Positions 41,831 through 51,611 of a stretch of DNA of 64,000 nucleotides are shown here, one piece after another (the stretch's first letter is position 1; the number at the start of each line of letters is the position of its first letter). Under the pieces are notes generated by a model. That model was not told where the DNA came from. It saw nothing but the letters and a program-made list of their open reading frames with translations, and did not search any database. The translations under genes and the position numbers were made by a program. The DNA is from an uncultured Clostridia bacterium (lineage in GTDB: Bacteria > Bacillota > Clostridia > TANB77 > CAG-508): assembly GCA_947629045.1 (NCBI GenBank), contig CANRCF010000003.1, forward strand, positions 3,530 through 67,529. Reading direction: 5' to 3'.

Positions 41831-42832
41831 TTATTTTGTAATAAAACCAATAGCTTCTTGAACCTCTTTTAACTTTTCTTTTGCTATTTTTTGTGCTACT
41901 TCTGCACCTTTTCTACATATATTTTCTATATATTCATTATTTTCAGGTAAAGCTAATTCATTGTATTTTGCTTGAATTGGCTCTAAAGTATCTGCTATAG
42001 CACCTGCTACTGCTTGCTTAAATTTGCCATAACCTACACCTTCGAATTCTTTTTCTATTTTTTCTATTTTTTTATCTGTTACTGCTGAATAAATATTTAT
42101 TAAGTTTTTAATTCCCGGTTTTTCGTCTGAATATTTTATTACATTTTCTGAATCTGTTACTGCTCTTTTTACCTTCTTCTCTATTACTTCTCTAGGGTCT
42201 AATAATGATATAAAGCCATCTTTATTCTCATCTGATTTAGACATTTTTTTAGTAGGGTCTTGTAAACTCATTATTCTTGCTGTATTTCTTGTTATTAAAG
42301 CTTCTGGAATTTTGAATATTTCCTTATTATATGTTGAATTAAATCTTTGAGCAATATCTCTTGTTATTTCTAAATGTTGCCTTTGATCTTCCCCTACTGG
42401 CACATAGTCTGCATCATATAAAAGTATGTCTGCTGCCATTAAAACAGGATAATCAAATAATCCTACTTTTACATTTTCTTGTTTTTTAGATTTGTCTTTA
42501 AATTGTGTCATTCTATTTAATTCACCAATATATGTGTAATTGTTTAAAAGCCATGCTAATTCTGAATGCTCGTGGACATGAGATTGGATAAATATTGTAT
42601 TTTTTTCAGGGTCTATTCCTGAGGCAATATATTGCATTACTATACTTTTAATATTGTTCCTCAAATTTTCTGGGTTTTGGCTTACTGTAATTGAATGTAA
42701 GTCTGCAACAAAGAATTTGCATTCATATTCTTCTTCATCTTGAATTTTAACCCAATTTCTTAAAGCTCCTAAATAATTTCCAAGTGTTAAAATTCCTGAT
42801 GGCTGTACACCACTTATAATTTGTTTTTTCAT
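41831..42832 (-). CDS. trpS: Tryptophan--tRNA ligase
   Basis: SGVQPSG.LTLGNYLG, YPVLMAADIL, KKMSKS. Confidence 0.97.
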   Translation of the reverse strand: MKKQIISGVQPSGILTLGNYLGALRNWVKIQDEEEYECKFFVADLHSITVSQNPENLRNNIKSIVMQYIASGIDPEKNTIFIQSHVHEHSELAWLLNNYTYIGELNRMTQFKDKSKKQENVKVGLFDYPVLMAADILLYDADYVPVGEDQRQHLEITRDIAQRFNSTYNKEIFKIPEALITRNTARIMSLQDPTKKMSKSDENKDGFISLLDPREVIEKKVKRAVTDSENVIKYSDEKPGIKNLINIYSAVTDKKIEKIEKEFEGVGYGKFKQAVAGAIADTLEPIQAKYNELALPENNEYIENICRKGAEVAQKIAKEKLKEVQEAIGFITK

Positions 42833-42985
42833 ACAAACTCTCCTTTCTATTTCCAATTTTTAATTGCTTTGAATTATATAATTTGTTATTAATTTTGTCA
42901 ATAGTAGCAATTTTTTGAAATTTAATTATAACCTCTTGCATATTTATTAATTATATGCTAATATAATTAAGTGTAATAAAAATTT

Positions 42986-43060
42986 AGGGGTATAGTGTTA
43001 ATGGTAGCACATCGGTCTCCAAAACCGCTTGTGAGGGTTCGAATCCTTCTACCCCTGCCA
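42986..43060 (+). tRNA. tRNA-Trp (anticodon CCA)
   Basis: AGGGGTATAGTGTTAATGGTAGCACATCGGT-CTCCAAA-ACCGC..GGTTCGAATCC..TACCCCTGCCA. Confidence 0.95.
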
Positions 43061-43230
43061 TACTTTAAAAAAATAACACTATTTGTAATATTCTCAAAAT
43101 AGTGTTATTTTCTTTTTATCTGTTTATTTTCAATGGTTTCCTACTATTTTCATTTCATAGTAAATTTATAGTATTTTTATGAGAAAAAATTTTTTCAAAA
43201 TAAAATTCATATTCAAGAAAGGTGTAAGAA

Positions 43231-43596
43231 ATGAATAAGCAAATAGGAAAAGTAAATTATAAAGTCATACAATTGTTGAGTTTAAATTATACAAAAGAAA
43301 TACCTATAATATTGGGGGATACTAATATAGAGCATATGAAAAAACAACATAAGGAAGATTATGAAAAATATGGTCAAGATATATCAAACATAGTAAATAA
43401 TCCAACATATGTAGCAAGAAACCCAAATCAAGATTCAATAGAATATATAAAAGAATATAAAATAGATAATGAATTTGTATTAGTAGCTGTAAGAATAACA
43501 AATAAAGGTACAATGTTTGCAAGAACACTATTTACAATGACAGAAAGAAAAAAGAATATATATTTAAAAAATGGCTATGCTAAAAAATATAAATAA
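43231..43596 (+). CDS. PBECR-like (Barnase/EndoU/ColicinE5/RelE fold) nuclease domain protein
   Basis: IEHMKKQHKEDY..Y...I.NIVNNPTYV.RNP...SIEYIK......VLVAVR.....FARTLF pattern. Confidence 0.65.
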   Translation: MNKQIGKVNYKVIQLLSLNYTKEIPIILGDTNIEHMKKQHKEDYEKYGQDISNIVNNPTYVARNPNQDSIEYIKEYKIDNEFVLVAVRITNKGTMFARTLFTMTERKKNIYLKNGYAKKYK

Positions 43597-43672
43597 ATGC
43601 AAAAAACTTTACAAACTAAAAAACGCATGTTATAATGAATATAACTAAAAAGAAAGACATATAATAACATAA

Positions 43673-43790
43673 AAGAAAGTTTCTGAGGGCGGAACAGGCA
43701 GCCGCCACCCATAGTTAGGAGATGTAGGAAGGTCAACCTACCTAAACTTTCTTCAATAAAAAAGGCATCTATACTTTTGTAGGTGTCTTT
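43673..43790 (+). ncRNA. Candidate structured RNA downstream of the PBECR-like gene
   Basis: TTTACA..TATAAT promoter upstream; closing stem AAGAAAGTTT/AAACTTTCTT enclosing GGCGG/CCGCC and GTAGG/CCTAC hairpins; terminator-like hairpin at 43761-43790. Confidence 0.45.
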
Positions 43791-43986
43791 ATATTTTACT
43801 TAAAACCATTATACTGTAAGTTTTATTATTAAACTTTATTAAATCTCTTGTTAAATATTATAATCTGTGTTATTATATAAATTAATATTTAGGGGTATAG
43901 TTTAATATATTATAAAATTTTGCAAATAAGATTATATAATCTTATTTGAAGATAAAATTATAAAGGGCTTAAGAAATGGAGAAATT

Positions 43987-44582
43987 ATGTTTAAACCTGC
44001 TTTTAAGTCTTTTTTTGTACCTTTTATTATTTTAGTTTTTCTTGTAATTTTTATAACTTGTTTTTTCTCTCCTACTATTTTAAGTAGCTATGTTACATCT
44101 TATGAAGATACATATTATTCGTTTGATTTAAATTCTGAATATGTATGGCCTACTCCTGGTTATACTTCCATAAATTCTTATTTCGGAAGAAGAAATTCTC
44201 CAACTGCTGGTGCTAGTAGTTATCATAAAGGAATTGATATTGGTGCGCCTAAGGGTAGTAAGTTTATTGCTATTTGTGATGGCAAAATTACTTTTACTGG
44301 TTTTTTAGGTGGTGGTGGCTACACTATTACTTTATCTGTTAATAATATGAAAATTACTTATTGCCATGTTTCACCAAATTATATTGTAAAGGTTGGAGAT
44401 ATTGTGAAAAAAGGTCAAGTGATACGGCTATGTTGGTCCTAAAAATGTTTATGGTGTTCCTCGGTAACCAATACAAAGACGCCAATGGTAATCCTACCAA
44501 TGGCGCCACTACGGGTCCTCATTTACATTTAGGTGTTAGAGTAAATGATAATTATATAGACCCTCTTTCTCTATTTAAATAA
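43987..44582 (+). CDS. M23 family metallopeptidase; two +1 shifts at CGG (44425, 44462)
   Basis: HKGIDIG, YCH, VKKGQVI-G-YVG...VP-G-NQY...GATTGPHLHLGV; the HxH motif is reached only after both shifts. Confidence 0.85.
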
Positions 44583-44593
44583 TTAAAATATTT

Positions 44594-45292
44594 TTACATA
44601 TCATCGTCTTCGTCGTAGTCATCTTCTATATCATATTCATTTTCCTCATTTGAAGATTTTTGTTGGTAATTTTCTTTTTTATTACCACCTTTTTTATGCT
44701 GTTCTTTATTGTATACATTTTCGTCGTTTGCTTGCTTATCTTTTTCGATTTCATCATCTTCATATTGTTCTTCAAATTCATCATTTTCATATTGATTTTT
44801 TAATTCTTCATCATATTGTTCATCAGATTCTTCATTTTCTAAGTCATAGTTATTTTGTGAACATCCATGAGAACAATGATGACAATCGCTTTCACATTCA
44901 TCTTCTCCGTTCCAGTCTAACTCTATTACATTGTGACATTCTGGGCATTCTACTTCTGTATTTGTTTCGCTATTTATATCTGCCACAAATTCATGGTTAC
45001 AATATGGACAAGTAATCTCAAATTCGTATGGCTCTTCATCTTCATAAATGTCACTTTCAATGCCATCTACTGCTTTTTGAACTTCTCCAATTTTAGTTTC
45101 TATTTCTTTTTGCTTTTCCTCTACTTGTTTTACTTTCATATCTGTAACATATGTTAAACGGTCAATAATATCCATAAAAACAACAGAAAGTTCTTGAAAT
45201 TTTTCTATTACAAATTTTCTTTCTTCTTCGTCTTTAATATTATTTTCTATTTCTTTTAAAATTGTTTGATAACGATTTCTTAAATCTGACAT
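44594..45292 (-). CDS. CD1247-like protein with CxxC zinc ribbon and acidic tail
   Basis: EITCPYCN..VECPECHN; usual neighbour of efp in Clostridia. Confidence 0.7.
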   Translation of the reverse strand: MSDLRNRYQTILKEIENNIKDEEERKFVIEKFQELSVVFMDIIDRLTYVTDMKVKQVEEKQKEIETKIGEVQKAVDGIESDIYEDEEPYEFEITCPYCNHEFVADINSETNTEVECPECHNVIELDWNGEDECESDCHHCSHGCSQNNYDLENEESDEQYDEELKNQYENDEFEEQYEDDEIEKDKQANDENVYNKEQHKKGGNKKENYQQKSSNEENEYDIEDDYDEDDDM

Positions 45293-45321
45293 GGCTTTAT
45301 ATAACTTACCTCCGCCTTTAT

Positions 45322-45888
45322 TTATACTCTTTCCATATACTCGCCAGTTCTAGTATCAATACGAATAACGTCACCTATGTTTACAAACATTGGAACTGAA
45401 ATTTCATAACCATTTTCTAATGTAGCTGGTTTTCCTGATGTTGTAGTAGTATTTCCAGCAAATCCTGGTTCTGTATATGTAACTTCCAATTCAACAAACA
45501 TTGGTGGTTCAACAGAAAATACGTGTCCTTTATATGATAATATTTTAACATTCATATTTTCTTTTAAGAATTTTAAGCTATCACCTAATTGATCTTTGTT
45601 AAGTGGTAATTGCTCATATGTATTATTATCCATGAAATAATAAATATCACTATCACTATATAAATATTGCATTTCTTTCTTTTCAATTTCTGCAGCTGGA
45701 TATTTTTCAGATGGGTTGAATGTTTTTTCAATTACTGCTCCTGAAATAACATTTTTTAGCTTTGTTCTGACAAAAGCTGAGCCCTTTCCTGGTTTTACGT
45801 GTTGGAATTCTACTACTTTAAATACGTTTCCGTCCATTTCAAATGTTGTTCCATTTCTAAAATCTCCTGCCATATATACTTCTGCCAT
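45322..45888 (-). CDS. efp: Elongation factor P
   Basis: [29 protein letters not shown]. Confidence 0.97.
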   Translation of the reverse strand: MAEVYMAGDFRNGTTFEMDGNVFKVVEFQHVKPGKGSAFVRTKLKNVISGAVIEKTFNPSEKYPAAEIEKKEMQYLYSDSDIYYFMDNNTYEQLPLNKDQLGDSLKFLKENMNVKILSYKGHVFSVEPPMFVELEVTYTEPGFAGNTTTTSGKPATLENGYEISVPMFVNIGDVIRIDTRTGEYMERV

Positions 45889-46012
45889 ATGTAAATTCTC
45901 CTTTCAAAATACATTTATATTTTTAAATAAATCCGTACTAAAAATTAGCACTTCATTATTATACACTTTATTTAGCCTAAAATCAAGCCTACTATTCAAT
46001 GTTTATTTTTTT

Positions 46013-46120
46013 ACTAAAAATATAATAGTTTGCAAGCACCGCTTAAGCGTCCTAAGCGAAGCGCGTTTGGAGCAACTTTATGTTGCGACAGCAAGGTGCA
46101 AAAACTATTATATTTTTAGT
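46013..46120. repeat. Structured intergenic repeat, copy C
   Basis: 19-bp terminal inverted repeat ACTAAAAATATAATAGTTT; core nearly identical to the 30080 copy. Confidence 0.8.
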
Positions 46121-47210
46121 TAATAATATTTGAAGCATAATTATTTGCACCTACTATAATATAATTCTTGTCAGATTTAGTTAAATTTATGCAACCAGAT
46201 TTTGTAATTAATGCTGTATCTTCAATTCTAACGCCAAATTCTCCCGGTAAATAAATTCCCGGTTCATTTGTAACTACCATATTTTCTTTTAAAGTATTAT
46301 CGTTATTATAACTGATAAATGGTCTTTCATGAATGTCTAAGCCTACACCATGGCCTAAACTATGCACTAAATTATATCCGTGCAAGCGAAAGTCATTATC
46401 TACATTTTTAAATAACATTCTAATGCTAGCACCATCTCTCATATCTTTTTCTGTTTGTAATTGATTTTTTAATACTAAATCATAAATTGGCTTTATTCTA
46501 TCTGGCACGAAACCAGCAAATACTGTTCTTGTCATATCTGAACAATAGCCTTTATATTTACATCCAAAATCAATAGTAATAGGGTCTCCGTTTTCTATTT
46601 TCTTATCGGTTGCTTTTGCGTGTGGCATTGATGAATTTTTGCCAGATGCTACTATTGTTTTAAATGAAAGGTCTTCTGCTCCATGCTCAAAAAAGTATTT
46701 TTCTATTTCAAATGCAATTTGCTTTTCTGTCATGCCTATTTTAATAAATTTTGTTATATATGAAAAGCAATTGTCTGTTAACTCACAAGCTTTTTTTAAT
46801 AATTCTATTTCGTTTTCGTCTTTTATCATTCTTTGTTTTTCTAAAATATTTTCTGTTTCTTCTAGGCGGTTTGCTTTATATCTTTGCATATAATTTTTAT
46901 ATGTGTTATATGTTATGTATGTTTCTTCAAATCCTACATTTTCGCAAAATGAAAAGAAATTTTCATAATCATAACTATTAACGTCTGATGCATTATGAAC
47001 TATAATTTCGTCATCTATTGTTATAATTGACTTTACTTCTTCAATGTATCTACTATCTGTTATATAATGGTTTTCTTTTCTAGTAATTAGCAAAATTCCT
47101 TCTGCATCAATCCCAGTTAAGTACCTTATATTTACTGGATTTGATACAATCATTCCTTGCATATCTAAACCACGAATTTTTTCTCTTAACCATTTTATTT
47201 TATTATTCAT
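46116..47210 (-). CDS. Xaa-Pro aminopeptidase (M24)
   Basis: DFGC..GYCSDMTRT, HSLGHGVGLDIHE, EPGIY..GVRIED. Confidence 0.92.
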   Translation of the reverse strand: MNNKIKWLREKIRGLDMQGMIVSNPVNIRYLTGIDAEGILLITRKENHYITDSRYIEEVKSIITIDDEIIVHNASDVNSYDYENFFSFCENVGFEETYITYNTYKNYMQRYKANRLEETENILEKQRMIKDENEIELLKKACELTDNCFSYITKFIKIGMTEKQIAFEIEKYFFEHGAEDLSFKTIVASGKNSSMPHAKATDKKIENGDPITIDFGCKYKGYCSDMTRTVFAGFVPDRIKPIYDLVLKNQLQTEKDMRDGASIRMLFKNVDNDFRLHGYNLVHSLGHGVGLDIHERPFISYNNDNTLKENMVVTNEPGIYLPGEFGVRIEDTALITKSGCINLTKSDKNYIIVGANNYASNIIN

Positions 47211-47370
47211 ACCAACCACCACCATTTACGGTATTTTAATTTTTAAAAAAACTATTAAACTTCTAATTGTTCTTTTATTTTAAATAGCTTTAATTTATTT
47301 TATATTTAAATTAATAACACATCTATCTTAATAACATCAATTTAATATTATTATTTTTGAATATAACTTA

Positions 47371-48132
47371 TTAACCTTTAAATAGTCCTAATGTAAATAT
47401 TTTTAAAACTATTGTTAATAATAAATTTGCTGGTGTAAAAATAACTATAAAACTTGCTAGTACAATAAATGGTCCAAATGGTATATAGTCATTTGCTTTT
47501 TTTCTTCTAAATATAAGAATTCCTATACTAATAACTGCTGCTAGTAAAAATGCTAATGCTGAAACAATTAAAATATTGCTCCAACCTAGGAATAAACCTA
47601 ATGCTGCCATAAGCTTTACGTCACCAAAGCCCATTGCTTCTTTTCCTGCAATTATGCCACCTATTAAAGTTATAAGTAAGAAAATTCCTCCACCTGCAAG
47701 CAAGCCTAAAAATCTATTTGTAAATGTAGTTACAATTATGCTTGTGTCTGATACAGCTTCAACGAATGTAAATAAAAGTCCTACTTCGAACAAACTTAAA
47801 TTAAGTCTATTTGGAATAATTTGAAATTTATAATCTATGCAAAAAACTGATAAAAGCATTGGAGCTAAGAATAAGTATTCTAATAGTTTAACAATATTAT
47901 TTCCAAAGAAATATAGTATTCCTATATATATTATGGCTGTTAGAATAATAAGTATGTAATTTGGTTTTGTATTTTTTAAATAAATTTTGAAAAAATCTCT
48001 TGAAATAACTTTCTTTTCTTCTGGTAAACGCTTGTTACACCAATCTACAAATTGACCTATAAATAGTCCTATAATTCCCACTAATACATAGTATAAAATA
48101 TGAATATCATTTATATACATTATTTTTTTCAT
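47371..48132 (-). CDS. Prepilin peptidase (A24 family)
   Basis: IDYKFQIIPN, AMGFGDVKLMAALG, IPFGPF; multiple TM. Confidence 0.88.
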   Translation of the reverse strand: MKKIMYINDIHILYYVLVGIIGLFIGQFVDWCNKRLPEEKKVISRDFFKIYLKNTKPNYILIILTAIIYIGILYFFGNNIVKLLEYLFLAPMLLSVFCIDYKFQIIPNRLNLSLFEVGLLFTFVEAVSDTSIIVTTFTNRFLGLLAGGGIFLLITLIGGIIAGKEAMGFGDVKLMAALGLFLGWSNILIVSALAFLLAAVISIGILIFRRKKANDYIPFGPFIVLASFIVIFTPANLLLTIVLKIFTLGLFKG

Positions 48133-48171
48133 ATGATATTTAAAAAATTAAATAATCATATGCTCCTTTCT

Positions 48172-48670
48172 TCATTTATTTCTACTTTTTTGATACATTT
48201 TTATAATAATTTCTTCTATTGGTCTTTTTATTCTTGTCATAAATATATCTTCTTTGCTAATTGGTTTTACCAAAATTGAAAACATTTTACTTCTGTTTGC
48301 ACCAATTACATCTGTTAATATTTGGTCGCCTACTCCTGCAATGTTTTCTGCTGGTAATCCGCATTTTTTCTCTTACTTTATTAAAGCCACTTTTTAGTGG
48401 TTTCTTGGCAAAGTTTATATATGGTATGTCTAGTTTTTGTGATACATTTTCTACTTTTTCTTTATGGTTTGTGTTTGATAATATAAAAAACGAAATCCCC
48501 TCTTGCTTTAAATTTTTAACCCATTCTTCTATTCCGTCTGGCATATTTTTGTAATAGTCTATCAAAGTATTGTCTACATCTAAAATAAGACCCTTAATAT
48601 CGTTTTTTCTAAGCATATCTATTGTTATTTCTTTTACGCTATTTACGTATAATTTTGGATATAGCATCAT
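48172..48670 (-). CDS. yqeG: YqeG family HAD-IIIA phosphatase; joined by a +1 shift at CGG (48359-48361)
   Basis: DVDNTL, ILSN, AKKP; after the shift GLPAENIAGVGDQILTDVIGANR (motif IV). Confidence 0.9.
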
Positions 48671-48817
48671 TATGCCTCCATTTTTTGTTCTTTTCTTTAA
48701 TTATATTACCAATATGCTTTTAATTTGTCAAGGAGAAGTTTGATTTTCAAATTTTATTTGCAGAATTGCATTTAATTTTTCACTTGACTGTTTTAATTTA
48801 ATTAATTATTTATTACA

Positions 48818-49582
48818 TTACTTGCAAAATCTATGCTTTCCTATTGTTACAGTCATAGGTCTTGACCATATCCATTTATTTGTTGCTGTGCTAGGGTTAA
48901 AATAATAAATTGCACCATAGCTTGGGTCCCAACCATTTAAAGCGTCTTGTGCTGCTTTTTTTGCAGTAGAGTTTGGCGATAAGTTTATTTGCCCATCTGA
49001 TACTGCATCAAATGCCCCTGACTGATATATAACTCCTGCTACTGAGTTTGGAAATGAGCTACTTTTTACTCTGTTTAATACAACTGCTGCTACTGCTACT
49101 TGACCTGTATATGGCTCTCCTCTTGATTCTCCGTATACCAATCTTGAAAGTAAATTTAAGTCGTTAGAATTGTTTGAGCTAGAGCCCGATGACGAAGAAG
49201 ATGAACTATAAATTCCCATTGCTGCTAATGTATTTTTGCCTGCTATTCCATCTACTGTTAATCCATTTTTTGATTGAAAATATCTTACTGCTGATTGTGT
49301 TTTGCTACCATAAATTCCATCTATACTTCCATTATAATATCCCCATCTTTTTAATTTTGTTTGTATTTGTATTACTTCATCTCCTCTAGAGCCATATTTT
49401 GATAATGCTTCTGCCTCATTATTTCTAAAAAAGATATTATATGAAACAAATATTGTAAAAATTATAAATAAAATTATAACTGTTATTATTCTTTTCTTGT
49501 TTTTGGTTATAATATTCTTTTTTGTAAAACTATTTTTTTCAAAATCATTTTTTATAAATATGTTCTTTATAAAATTTTTCAT
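48818..49582 (-). CDS. sleB: Spore cortex-lytic enzyme SleB
   Basis: PG-binding domain (GSRGDEV..IQTKL), LLSRLVYGESRGEPYTGQVAVAAVVLNRV, IGKHRFC. Confidence 0.92.
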   Translation of the reverse strand: MKNFIKNIFIKNDFEKNSFTKKNIITKNKKRIITVIILFIIFTIFVSYNIFFRNNEAEALSKYGSRGDEVIQIQTKLKRWGYYNGSIDGIYGSKTQSAVRYFQSKNGLTVDGIAGKNTLAAMGIYSSSSSSSGSSSNNSNDLNLLSRLVYGESRGEPYTGQVAVAAVVLNRVKSSSFPNSVAGVIYQSGAFDAVSDGQINLSPNSTAKKAAQDALNGWDPSYGAIYYFNPSTATNKWIWSRPMTVTIGKHRFCK

Positions 49583-49616
49583 AAAAAAGCACCACTTTCC
49601 GATTATTTTTAAATTT

Positions 49617-49644
49617 ATTTTAACCAGAAATGGTGTATTTATAC
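49617..49644 (-). promoter_or_regulatory. Candidate sigmaF/sigmaG-type promoter for sleB
   Basis: GTATA-N14-GGTTAAAAT upstream of sleB. Confidence 0.4.
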
Positions 49645-49721
49645 AGTTTTTAAATATGTAATCATGCTTTTTTAACTAATTTCATAACTAATATTTTTAT
49701 AAAGTTTTTTATATATTATAA

Positions 49722-51383
49722 TTAGAAAATTCCTACTATATTTCCATCTTCGTCAATGTCTATTTTTTCTGCTGATGGAACTTTTGGAAGTCCAGGCATT
49801 GTCATAATTTTTCCTGTTAAAACAACAATAAATTCTGCTCCTGCTCTTAGTATAACATCTTGTACATGAATTTTAAAAGGTTCTTTGCACTCTAAATTTT
49901 TAGCATCATCTGAGAAGGAATATTGTGTTTTTGCAATGCAAACTGGTAAATTATCATAACCTAGTGCTTTAATTTCTTCTATTTTTTTCATAGATTCATC
50001 CGTAAATTCTACTCCTTCTGCTCCATATATTTTTGTTGCTACGGCCTTAATTTTATTTTCTATTGTTTCATCTAGTTCGTATGCATATTTGAAATTGCTT
50101 GGCTTTTCTACTAAGTCCACTACTTTTTCTGCTAAATCTTTTGCACCTTTTCCACCTTTTTCCCAGCTTTCTACTAAGCTTAACTCTATTCCTTTTTCTT
50201 GTAATTTTTCTTTTAAGAAATTTATTTCATTTTCTGTGTCATATGTGTATTTATTTATTGCTACTATTACATTTAATCCATAATGGTCTTTTAAGTTTTC
50301 TATATGTTTTTCTAAGTTTGCAAATCCTCTTTGCAAATATTCCATGTTTTCATTTTTAATTTCTTCTTTTGGCATTCCACCATGATATTTTAATGCTTTA
50401 ATTGTAGCTACACATACTACTGCATCTGGCTTTAAACTTGCTTTTCTGCATTTAATGTCTAAGAATTTTTCTGCTCCTAAGTCAGCACCAAATCCAGCTT
50501 CTGTTATTATATAGTCACCTAATTTTAATGCTAATTTTGTTGCTATAATACTATTGCAACCATGTGCAATATTAGCAAATGGGCCACCATGAACTATTGC
50601 AGGAACTTTTTCTAATGTTTGTACTAAATTTGGTTGTAAAGCATCTTTTAATAAAACTGCCATAGCTCCATCTGCTTTTAAATTTCTTGCTGTAACTGGC
50701 TTATTTTCTTTATTATATCCAATTATGATATTTCCTAGTCTTCGTTTCAAATCTTTGCTATCTGTTGCTAGGCAAAATATTGCCATTATTTCAGATGCAA
50801 CTGAAATATCAAATCCGTCTGTTCTTGGTACAATATTTTTTTCGTTTGATAAACCTGTTTCTACTGTTCTTAATTGTCTATCATTTAAATCTACACATCT
50901 TTTCCATACTACTTTTTCTATTCCTAGCTCGTTTCCAAAATAGATGTGGTTATCTATCATACTTGCTAATAAATTATTTGCTGATGTAATTGCATGGATA
51001 TCTCCTGTGAAATGCAAGTTAATATCTTCCATTGGGGCTATTTGGCTATGTCCACCACCTGTTGCACCACCTTTAATTCCAAATACAGGTCCTAATGAAG
51101 GCTCACGCAAAGCTAGAACTGGTTTCTTACCGATTTCTTTTAATCCATCTGCTAAACCTATTGCCATTGTAGTTTTACCTTCTCCAAGTGGTGTTGGATT
51201 TATTGCTGTCACTAATACTAACTTTCCATTTTTTCTGTCTTTTCTTTTTTCATAAGCATCCAAAGAAATTTTTGCCTTATACTTTCCATATTGCTCCAAT
51301 TCTTCTTCATCTATTCCTATAGATTTTGCTATGTTTGTAATTGGCTCTAATTTAGTATTTCTTGCTATCTCAATATCTTCCAT
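49722..51383 (-). CDS. fhs: Formate--tetrahydrofolate ligase
   Basis: TPLGEGKTT, IKGGATGGG, HGGPFANIAHGCNS, TEAGFGADLGAEKF. Confidence 0.97.
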   Translation of the reverse strand: MEDIEIARNTKLEPITNIAKSIGIDEEELEQYGKYKAKISLDAYEKRKDRKNGKLVLVTAINPTPLGEGKTTMAIGLADGLKEIGKKPVLALREPSLGPVFGIKGGATGGGHSQIAPMEDINLHFTGDIHAITSANNLLASMIDNHIYFGNELGIEKVVWKRCVDLNDRQLRTVETGLSNEKNIVPRTDGFDISVASEIMAIFCLATDSKDLKRRLGNIIIGYNKENKPVTARNLKADGAMAVLLKDALQPNLVQTLEKVPAIVHGGPFANIAHGCNSIIATKLALKLGDYIITEAGFGADLGAEKFLDIKCRKASLKPDAVVCVATIKALKYHGGMPKEEIKNENMEYLQRGFANLEKHIENLKDHYGLNVIVAINKYTYDTENEINFLKEKLQEKGIELSLVESWEKGGKGAKDLAEKVVDLVEKPSNFKYAYELDETIENKIKAVATKIYGAEGVEFTDESMKKIEEIKALGYDNLPVCIAKTQYSFSDDAKNLECKEPFKIHVQDVILRAGAEFIVVLTGKIMTMPGLPKVPSAEKIDIDEDGNIVGIF

Positions 51384-51434
51384 TTTTTACATCCTTTCTC
51401 TCTTATTGATTATAAAATTTAATTTTTTATTTAT

Positions 51435-51582
51435 TATGAAATAATATAATATTTTTGTAGCGTGGCTGTGGGGACCAACAAGCATACAGTCTGTTAAAAA
51501 ACTGTAGTTTCCGCTAACAAAGTTTTTTTACAGACTGTGCGAAGTAGGGAAAGGAGCGAAAAAAATATTATATTATTTCATA
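51435..51582. repeat. Inverted-repeat-bounded structured element (MITE-like)
   Basis: 22-bp perfect inverted repeat TATGAAATAATATAATATTTTT; internal ACAGTCTGT/ACAGACTGT hairpin. Confidence 0.6.
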
Positions 51583-51611
51583 TTATATATCACATTTTTA
51601 AAATAAGGAAA

